DNA of 64,000 bases, from the NCBI RefSeq assembly GCF_009914755.1, contig NC_060925.1. One strand, given 5' to 3'. The notes beneath the pieces were generated by a model. It was given only the letters and a program-made list of their open reading frames with translations, ran no database searches and had not been told where the DNA came from. Positions within the stretch are counted from its first letter, which is position 1, and each line of letters opens with the position of its first letter. Both the position numbers and the translations under genes were made by a program. Source of the DNA: the human T2T-CHM13v2.0 reference genome, Homo sapiens. Of this stretch, positions 13,442 to 24,100 are shown piece by piece.

Positions 13442-15749
13442 CTGCTGATTCTACTGAGAATTACTTCTCTGTAGAAATAATTGTTCATTAAATGGATAAA
13501 AAATACGGAGAAAACTATGGTTTACCTTCATCCTGGACATTGTCATCATGCTCAATCTCTTGTTTTTATGAATAACTTTTAACTTTTTTCTCTAAGTGAA
13601 ATGGACTTTTTTGCAATCATATTTTTTAGCTAGAAGGCTGACAAGAGCCAAATTCATAATAGAAAACTGATCCTATATGCCAGAAATGCTGACCAAAGCT
13701 TGGAGATCTGCCACACAAAATAATTCCATTTGGGAGTTTTTCATAAAAATGCTTGGATCTCCACCCCAGTTAGATCTTCTTTTTAACTGTACTCTCTGAT
13801 CGTGTTAACACTTTGCCTCCTTCCAGCAGAATAACCTAAGCTTAAGTCTCGCTCTATTGTATGACTTTGACGACACATTTCTTCTTGATCTGACCTCTCT
13901 TTGTTTGCCTGAATGACCTTGTTTTCCCAGTTCCCTGGAGCAGGAATTATTCTTTGTCTATCTGGATCATGTTCTTTTGCTCCGAAGTCTCTCTGTCTAT
14001 ACTTTGTGTGAGTGTAAACATATGCGTTCGTTTATATTTTATTTTAGTGACTTTTTAAATTTGAAAGAATGAATGCTCCTTAATTATAAAATAGTCAAGC
14101 AATACAGAAAATTGTAATAGAAGACAGCAACAAATCATCACGGATTCCATCATATAGAAATAATCAGTGTTAACTTCTGGAAAACATTATTTCAGATTTC
14201 TTTGTATGCAGCTGGATGGAGAGTTAGACAAAATTTATTTAACACAATGGAATCATACCATTTATGCAATTTTAAATAAAAAGTTAACAATTTTCCATAG
14301 TATCTTAATTTTTATTCATATTTAACTTGCTACAAAAGATTCCAAAGAAACTTATCTTTATTTTCATTTTACAGTCTTCCCATGCCTATTACTCCAACAT
14401 CATTTCTTGCTATGCTTCCACATACAACCTATGTCTTAGCTATGCTGGATTATTTTCAGGTTCCCTGAGCTCACTATGGTCTTTCTTACTTTAAGACTTT
14501 ACGTACACTTAACAAAAGCCTGGAGTAGTTAGTCTCCTCAGATAAACCTGAATAACTCCTGACCATCTCTGGAGACCCACTGCAAATTCTCCTCTTTCCT
14601 TAAGATTTCTCTGAATCCTTTCTTCACCTTTAATCAGGGTTAGTTGATCACTTTACTGAAAACAGAGGATCACCCTCTGGTTCCAAATTACTTAGATGTG
14701 TTTCTGGCTTTACCAAATTTTTCTAGAATTAAACAGAATTGGCAAATTTTCAGTTCTTAATTAGAACATAGAAATGAAGTGTGGGAGAGGCAGTTTCGCA
14801 TACTGATCATACTGTGGCAAGTGCTATAATTGACGTGATCAATAATAGTTCCTTGATTATGTCTTATTTGATCATGTCTATTATAGTACTTGCCACAGCA
14901 TTCATATCTGTTGTTTTCTCATATGTTGGTCTCCTTGATGAACATATAAAGAAAGGAACAGGGACAATGTCTTCTATTTCTAATTTCAGTATCAAGTACA
15001 TTATCTGTCATTTAAGTTGTTATTAACTTCCCTCCAATGAATAGATGAGTGAAAGAGTGACCCTAATGTTGCACTGACAACACCCATATTATCTGCATCA
15101 TCTGGATTCTGTCATTAAAATAATCATAGAGAGATTACTAATCAGCCTAGCCCACATTCTTGGATTATATGTTGCAGGAGAGCTGTAGAAATATGAATGT
15201 TTGGTCACACATAGGTGGAGCTCAACCATCTGTTCTTTCAGCCCTGACAAAACTAGTCAGGAAAGGTATTAGGAAGAATGGGGCAAGTATTGTAAAGAAA
15301 AGAGCAGTAGGAACTGGCAGTAGGAACTAGTAATGTTGCTGGAAAATGAAGCCTATTGGGTATTCCCCTAATCTGCAAATATTCAAATCTAGAGCCTATG
15401 TGGTACACTTTGGGAGAAAACATAACCCTTGTCTAGCCTCTGAAATTGCACCAAATGGAAACAATTGCAGGCTCTAATACATTTTTTAATGCTACCTGAA
15501 AAAAATTAGTTTGGATGAGACATGATTTTATTTGTTTACTGGTTGATTGGTTTTTAAGACATTCAGCTAGCCTAGCAAGGCAACAAACAACATCAGAGCT
15601 GACAAAATGTCATCTTGAGAATTTAAGGAAGAAGAAGGGTTGAACTACTGTCCTATTAAAGCCCTCTTGACAAAAAATAAAGAATGATACTACTGAGTGA
15701 GGTATGGAGAATATTTTAACATTTAAAAATTTTAAAAATATATTTGAAG

Positions 15750-15828
15750 TCTATTATCTATCTATTAGTCTATCTGTCATCTATCTATCTCTATCACCTA
15801 TCATCGATCTACCTATCTAGTCTATTGA
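15750..15828. repeat. Degenerate (TCTA)n repeat
   Basis: Direct reading. Confidence 0.8.
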
Positions 15829-17755
15829 TTCTAAAAGAGGAAGCATAAAGTGATTTTTAGAGGAAAGAAAGTGAGGGAAAGTAACATTTGATGTGTATTC
15901 TCTGTTAGGATTTTTTTTTAACCTCCATGATCCTCAATTTTGTCTGTAAGGTATGGTTAATTTTTTACTTGCAAGGTTGTTTTAGAGCAAGTGTCTGAAA
16001 CATAGTGAGTAGGCATTCAGTAAATTTTAATTTTCTTTTTTTAATCCAGAGTGGAATAAATAACACAAATATTGAATATTTTGTACCAAGTTTTAGAAAG
16101 CAGCAACCAGTAGATTTGATACAGATTTTTTTGTTTGTTGTTGTTTCTTAATCAGCCTCAGAGGAATCTTGAAGTAATGACTTTAAGCTAGGGATAATCT
16201 GTCTGTACTTGTATGTAAGTTCTTGAGCTCCTTAAATTTTGTTCTTGTAGCCAAAGCAGATCACCCTATTTGTGAATTTTAGGGTCTCTCTATATTTCCT
16301 CTTCTCTAATAGCCTCAGTATAGGAAACTGCCTCTCCCACCCTTCATTTCTATGTTCTAATTAAAAACGGATAACCTGCCAATTCTTAAAACTTTAATTC
16401 TAGAGAAAGTGGTAAAGCCAGAAACACATCTAAGTGATTTGGAACCAGAGGCTGTTCCTCCATTTCATCCTTTTCCTAATTACTGCACTTTATTTGTAGA
16501 AAGTAAGACAACATAAGATTTTTATTAATTGTACATTGTGGGGAAATGAAAAGAATAATATGAGACAACTTAACATATCTAAACAATCTTTAGAAAATGA
16601 ACATGTTTTTCCTTGCAAATTTCATACTTCTTTGTGTTAGATGGCTTTATAATGCAAAAAATATACTTGTGAACTTCTACTGGTAATTCTATGCACTTTT
16701 AAGGAGAGTTTCACTCACTTTCACTTACCATGTTTTCCAAAGATTCAGTAAGATGTTGCTTAAAACCAGTTTCAAAGCCTGAGTTAGTGGCCTTTTAATT
16801 GTGTCAAATCATTATTAGAGAGGAAGCTTCTGTCTGCTCGCTTGATTAATTTCCAACCAAATCCAGAATTGCCTCAATCTTTACTTTTTAAAGATTTTCT
16901 ACTTTTTCTTGCTCATTTCCCCACAGTTTACATACCCACCTTTGATTGTGTTAGAGTGCTCCACAAAGGTTGTACTCAGCATGTAGTATTAGAAAGTCTT
17001 CTCTGGTTATCAAGGACTCTTGGAACACAGGGACTATGTATTACACTCTAACAGAACAGCAAGTGCATGCAGTGTGTCTGCTACAAACTGACCTTCAATT
17101 TCCCTCATCCAAAGGTCATCTTTATCTAGAAAGTTTGTAAGAAGAGGAATTTTATCTTTCTTTCCTCCCATTTTGGCCACCCAGAGTTCCTCTTCAGTGC
17201 CATGTACTCTCCATGACAGTCTCAGCCATGGTTTGACATCACTGGGTATTTCTTGGCACAGAAATGCTTTACCTACAGGTTGCTAGCACACAGATGGTAG
17301 TAGAGGGGAAATATCTAACGGTATGTACCTATGACACTTCTCTTTCTAGCATCTAAGAAATTCAACTGTTCACAGAGGTTTCACATGGGGGCACCCCAGT
17401 TTTGAACTTTTTCTTTGTAGACCATACCTGATGTCTCATTTTTATCTTTCCTTTTATCTTAGAAGGGAGATGTGTAACTCTTTTTGAGTTATTTAATACT
17501 TCTGGTGTAATTTATAAGGAACAATTGCCCCCTATTTGATTAAAACATATTATTGAGAGTTTTAGCAATGTGGAATATATTACATTTAAATTTCAAATGG
17601 GTGTGGTTAAGGGATTATGGGGGTCATTTATGTACATAACCTATATATTTATATATACACATATACATATTTACACACACATACAATAAAGGCACATTAA
17701 CGTTTATTCAGGATACCAGTGAAACTTTAGACATTTGTAAACGTATACTTAGAGA

Positions 17756-19210
17756 ATAAAGCCTTTCTTTCTTGTAAATGCTTTAGACAGTGATTAGATT
17801 GAGGGAAAGATCAGATGTTGAGTTTTACCTTCTTTGGACTCATCATTAGTATCTGAGTGTTTCACCGCCGTCTAGCGGTAGAATATGGAATTACAGATGT
17901 ATGGAATGAGTGCAGACGCCCTGACACGAGAGAGAGCTTTGGCTTGAGAATCAGAAACCTATACCTTGGTCATAGCAGCACTTCCAATTAGCAAGTTAAT
18001 CTCTTCTATTGTAAATAAAGTAAATCCATAGATTTACTTTACTGCCATCTAGCTGTGCAGAGGTAGGATAAAAATCTATGGATTTCTCTTTTTATTATAG
18101 GTATAGACTTACTTTATCTATAATAGAAAGAGATTAAATATCAAATTTAAATTTCTAATTGTTCTTTGATAATTAGTATTTATATTCAGTGAATAAATGG
18201 TGATAGATAGATTGGTATGAATTGGTTACTAGCGTTAACTCCTATATACACAGTAATTTTGCTGAGTATCATTAATAGTATAACAGTAGCTTTTTCACTA
18301 GCAAACTAACAGACTAGTGTTATGTTGATTACATAGTACGATTTAAAGTTCATAAAGTACAAGTCCTTCTTAATATTACAATTTAAAAACTAGATTAGAT
18401 AGATATATTCTGAGTCTAATCAGAAGAATGAGCCTGTTTGTTGTTGTTGTTGTTTTCATGTAACTTCTGCTTCTAATAGGGACTTGTGATTTTGAACACT
18501 CACTGATGAATTTCAGTTTAGTTTGAATTCCAAAAGTGAAGGTGGAGGAAAAGTAGCTTGATTTTTGAGTGAAAAGAGGATAAATTTGGATAGCACCAAA
18601 TTTAATGGTGAGAATTATCACTCTTTTAATTAAATGCGGTGTGCTTGGCTTTTTTATTTTAACTTCCAAATTAAGGAAGTAATCTTTAAAGTTCTTACTA
18701 GTTCTGACAGTCTGCACATTTTCTTTGGGTTTTATAGTAGTAAACTTTCTACTGAGGATAGTGCATTTTGTACATAATTCTTCTACTCATCATTACTTCT
18801 CTCACTATTCATAATAAATTCATGTATTTTCTCCTTATAGGCAGGAATAATATATTTTTAACTGTTTTTCTTCTACTGGAAACCTCTGGACCCAATTAGC
18901 TTCTATTGATAGTGATTCTTCCATTAATATCTTTGACAGAGAAAATCCATGGTGTATAATTCTTATTTCCAGAGCTTGGGTTGTCTTAGAAAGTAGCTTC
19001 TTGGGATTATGTTTGATAATAATTGCTGTGATGATCATGATTAACCAGAACATCTGAGGTCAACTCATCAGTATAAAGCCTTTCTGTAAATGCTTTACAG
19101 AAGCATTGGACAGCGATTAGATTGAGGAAAAGATCAGATATGGTTGAGTTTTGTCTTCTTTGGAGTCCTTATTATTAGTACCTGAGTGCTTCACTGCCAT
19201 CTAGCTGTGT
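17756..19210. repeat. Dispersed ~130-bp direct repeat (17756-17880 and 19073-19210), plus a partial third copy at ~18041-18066
   Basis: Shared ataaagcctttct...gacag(t/c)gattagattgagg(g/a)aaagatcagat...tgagtg(t/c)ttcac(c/t)gcc(g/a)tctagc. Confidence 0.9.
17863..19210 (-). promoter_or_regulatory. Three co-oriented CTCF-like motifs (17863-17880, 18041-18058, 19192-19210)
   Basis: Minus-strand reads CCGCTAGACGGCGGTG, CAGCTAGATGGCAGTA and CAGCTAGATGGCAGTG match the CTCF core. Motif evidence only. Confidence 0.6.
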
Positions 19211-19284
19211 GGAGGTGGAAGAAAACTGCATCTGATCCCATGGCAGGAAACTATGTGTTTGTGGAGATGAAAGAGAAGAGAAAC

Positions 19285-19307
19285 TATAACTTGATGAAAT
19301 GTTTATT
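19285..19307 (-). terminator. FLG2 polyadenylation signal AATAAA and approximate cleavage region
   Basis: tttatt at 19302-19307 on +, followed on the minus strand by a T/pyrimidine-rich downstream element. Further AATAAA hexamers at 19608-19613 and 19634-19639 could be alternative sites. Confidence 0.75.
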
Positions 19308-19580
19308 GCCAATTTTTATGAAGTACAATTTTCTGGATCCTATATCCAGAAGGCCATGACAATAAATTTAAATATAATTGTACAGAATTCCAGTAGTGAC
19401 ACAAAAAGATGCAAATATTCTGAATATTCATGTGGGAAACTATGACAACATTCTTTGTTCAGGATGGGATGTGTTATAATGTTTCTAGAGACGTTTTGGC
19501 TCCTAAACCACGTCATTTAGCTCCTTGGATAGGTTTGTCAATAATTAATTAAAACAAAATCTGGAAAATCCAAATTTTGA

Positions 19581-19994
<414 letters not shown>

Positions 19995-20218
19995 TCATTC
20001 ACTATTTTCTAACCAAGGAGTTCAATGAATGTGGAGCCTTACAAAAACACCTGGCACCAAACAAAAGTAATATAGTACAGAACTATAGTTAAAATGAAAG
20101 AACAGACATATACCCTTACTACCAAAAGAGGAGATCATGTTAAATACCTTAATTTCATGTATGTGTCTCATTTCTTCTCTGGGTTAGTTCTTATCTTGGG
20201 CTAGTTTATGTTGGCTTC

Positions 20219-21159
20219 TTATTCAAAGTAATAACTCCTTTGTTCTTGGACATATTCATAGAGTGGGGTGTTGCTATCTAAGCAGAAGGAACCAGAGCCT
20301 GTTCTTTCCTTTGTATGGTAACCGCTGGCCTCAGAGCCTCTTTGTTTTTTGCCCACATCCTCACCGTATATTCTGATACCTCCTGACAGACTTGACTCTG
20401 ACTCTTGCCTTTGTCTCCCCCACTGCATATGGTTGCACTGCTTGATGAATATCTATACCTATACTCTTCAATTCCTGCAGGGTCTTGGCTGTCAAGAAAG
20501 TGACTGAAAATGTATCTTTGACTTTTGCTGTCATTTGACTACTCATAACTATCATTTGATTGGCCATGGCTGTATACTTGTCTTTCATTGGTACTGAATC
20601 CAGACTGACCCTAGGCATCTCTTGATGGCCCATGACTTAATACCTATCTGGCAAAACCTGTGCTGGATCTTACCTGCCCATGAAAAGTTGTATCTCCGAA
20701 ATGTTGCTGGCTAGATCCATGTATACCTATTGTATTGAACTCTAACTTCCCATGCCTAGATCCTAATTGCTCATGAGTGTCTTTCTCCCAATCTTCTGAA
20801 TGCTTTTTGTTATCAGTATGGGATTCCTGTTTTCTGATTGAACTAGATTTTGAATGGCCATGAACTGATATGGATTGTCCATGGCCAAATCCAAGGTGGT
20901 CATTTGACTGGCTATGTGTACATCCCTCCCTTCTGGCTGTGTTATATCCAGGTTGAACATAGGTGTTGTTTGACTGTTTATGAGTTACTATAGAATGTCC
21001 ATGACTAGATTCCTGACTTCTTATAATAATAGGTCGAGACTGATACTGAGAATCAACTGAATGTTCATAACTTACCATTGACTGTTCATGATTTAAACTG
21101 TGTCTTCCTGTTCTTTTAGTTGCTTTGGATACTATAAGGTCAGAACTAGAAAATAACTG
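20219..21159 (-). pseudogene. Fossil (decayed) C-terminal coding domain of FLG2 inside the present 3'UTR
   Basis: Frame stays open for 171 codons after the TGA. In-frame TAGs follow at 20646, 20613 and 20541, then a frameshift near 20435-20445, then ...DSNTPLYEYVQEQRSYYFE* (SFTP C-terminal motif). Confidence 0.85.
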
Positions 21160-24100
21160 TCAATGTCTAGACAGTTGCTTGTTTGCAGTGCTGTCTGTTG
21201 ACCATGAAAGGTGAGAATTACTGATGCTTTTTCTGCTGCCACCAGAAGGCCCATACCCAGTGTGCCCATAGTCATATTCTGCAGGTCCATAGCTGCCATG
21301 TTTCCAAACCTGACTTGATCCATGCCTTTGCCTTTCACTACTATGTGACTGAAAATGACTTGCTCTACTAGATCTGGAACCTGTCTGTGTGGATTGTCCA
21401 TAACCAGAATGGCCATGTCTAGTGGTATCTCCTGTCTGTCCATGAGTAGTTTCCAGTCTCCCATGAACTGTGGATCCTGGCTGTCTTTGTTGAGATCCAG
21501 CTTGGCCCTGAATGTGTCCTGAATGTGTGTGTGAGCCCCATGAGTGCACTTCACTGTCACTGGACTCACTGTGGCCAGATCCCCTTCTTCCAGTTGTCCT
21601 GGACCCTCTCTGTGTGGATTGTCCATAACCATAGTGGGCATGTCTAGTGGTATCTCCTGTCTGTCCATGAGTAGTTCCCTGTCTCCCATGACCTGAGGAT
21701 CCTGACTGTCCATGTCGAGATCCGGCTTGGCTGTGAGTGTGTCCTGAATGTGTGGGTGAGGCCTCTGAGTGCACTTCACTATCACTGGACTCACTGTGAC
21801 TAGATCTTTGTCTTCCAGTTGTCCTGGAACCTGTCTGTGTGGACTGTCCATGACCAGACTGGCCATGTCTAGTGGTATCTCCTGTCTGTCCATGTATAGT
21901 TCCCTGTCTCCCGTGAATGGCAGATCCTGACTCTCCATGTTGAGATCTGGCTTGGCCATAAGTGTGTCCTGAATGTGTGTGTGAGACCCCTGAGTGCACT
22001 TCACTGTCACTGGACTCACTGTGGCCAGATCCCCTTCTTCCAGCTGTCCTTGACCCTCTCTGTGTGGACTGTCCATGACCAGAGTGAGCATGTCTAGTGG
22101 TATCTCCTGTCTGTCCATGAGTAGTTCCGTGTCTCTCATGAACTGAGGATCCTGACTCTCCATGTTGAGATCCGGCTTGGCCATGAGCGTGTCCTGAATG
22201 TGTGTGTGAGACCCCTGAGTGCCCTTCACTGTCACTGTACTCACTGTGGCCAGATGCCCTTCTTCCAGTTGTCCTGGACCCTCTCTGTGTGGACTGTCCA
22301 TGACCAGAGTGGCCATGTCTAGTGGTATCTGCTGTTTGTCCATGAGTAGTTCCGTGTCTCTCATGAACTGAGGATCCTGACTCTGGATAGTGAGATCCAG
22401 CTTGACCGTGAGTGTGTCCTGAATGTGTGTGTGAGACCCCTGAGGGCCCTTCACTGTCACTGTACTCACTGTGGCCAGATCCCCTTCTTCCAGTTGTCCT
22501 GGACCCTGTCTGTATGGTTTGTCCATGACTAGGGTGGCCATGTTCAGTGGTATCTCCTGTCTGTCCATGAGTAGTTTGGTGTCTCTTGTGAACTGTGGAT
22601 TCTGACTCTCCATGTTGAGACCTGGCTTGGCTGTGTGTGTGTCCTGAATGTGTATGTGAGCCCCCTGAGTGCACTTCACTGTCACTGGACTCACTGTGGC
22701 CAGATCTCCTTCTTCCAGTTGTACTGGATCCTGACTGTGTGGACTGTCCATGACCAGATTGAGAATGTCCACTGGTATCTCCTGTCTGTCCATGAGTAGT
22801 TCCATGTCTCTCGTCAACTATGGATTCTGACTCTCCATGTTGAGATCCAGCCTGGCCGTGAGTGTGTCCTCGTGAGTGTGGTCTTTGTGAGAACCCTGAG
22901 TGCCCTTCACTGTCACTGTACTCACTGTGGCCAGATGACCTTCTTCCAGTGGTCCTGGACCCTGTCTGTGTGGACTGTCCATGACCAGAGTGGGCATGTC
23001 TGGTGGTATCGCCTGTCTGTCCATGTATAGTTCCATGTCTCTCATGAACTATGGATTCTGACTCTCCATGTTGAGATCTGGCTTGGCCATGAGTGTGTCC
23101 TGAATGTGTATGTGAGACTCCTGAGTACCCTTCACTGTCACTGTACTCACTGTGGCCAGATCCCCTTCTTCCAGTAGTCCTGGACCCTGTCTGTGTGGTT
23201 AATCCATGATGATAGTGGGCATGTCTAGTGGTATCTCCTGTCTGTCCATGAGTAGTTCCATGTCTCTCAGGAACTATGGATTCTGACTGTCCATGTTGAG
23301 ATCCAGCTTGACCATGAGTGTGTCCTGTATGTGTGTGTGAGACCCCTGAGTGCACTTCACTGTCACTGGACTCACTGTGGCTAGATCTCTGTCTTCCAGT
23401 TGTCCTGGACCCTCTCTGTGTGGACTGTCCATGACCAGAGTGGGAATGTCCAGTGGTATCTCCTATCTGTCCATGAGTAGTTCCGTGTCTCTCATGAACT
23501 GTGAATTCTGGCTCTTCATGTTGAGATCCGGCTTGGCCGTAAGTGTGTTCTCGTGAGTGTGGTCTGTGTGAGCCCCCTGAGTGCACTTCACTGTCAGTGG
23601 ACTCACTGTGGCTAGTTCTCTGTCTTCCAGTTGTCCTGGACCCTGTCTGTGTGGTTTGTTCATGACCAGAGTAGGAATGTCTAGTGGTATCTCCTGTCTG
23701 TCCATGAGTAATTCTGTGTCTGTCATGAATTATGGATTCTGACTCTCCATGTTGAGATCCACTTTGGCCGTGAGTGTGTCCTGAATGTGTGTGCGAGCCC
23801 CCTGAGTGCACTTCACTGTCACTGGACTCACTGTGGCCAGATCCCCTTCTTCCAGTTGTACTGGACCCTCTCTGTGTGGATTTTCCATGATGATAGTGGG
23901 CATGTCTAGTGGTATCTCCTGTCTGTCCATGAGTAGTTCCGTGTCTCCCATGAACTGTGGATCCTGACTCTCCATGTTGAGATCCGGCTTGGCCATGAGT
24001 TTGTTCTTGTGATTGTGGTCTGTGTGAGCCCCCTGAGTGCACTTCACTGTCACTGGACTCACTATGGCCAGATCCCCTTCTTCCAGTTGTCCTGGACCCT

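Noticed and set aside
20644-21078. 144-aa ORF as an independent small gene
   Set aside because: It is in frame with FLG2 and part of the fossil tail; treated under the readthrough and fossil findings.
21132-22817. 561-aa alternative-frame ORF (and sister ORFs of 494, 279, 262 and 213 aa) as a separate overlapping gene
   Set aside because: Shadow of the FLG2 repeats. The lack of +1 stops is explained by codon composition, and there is no separate promoter or splice support.
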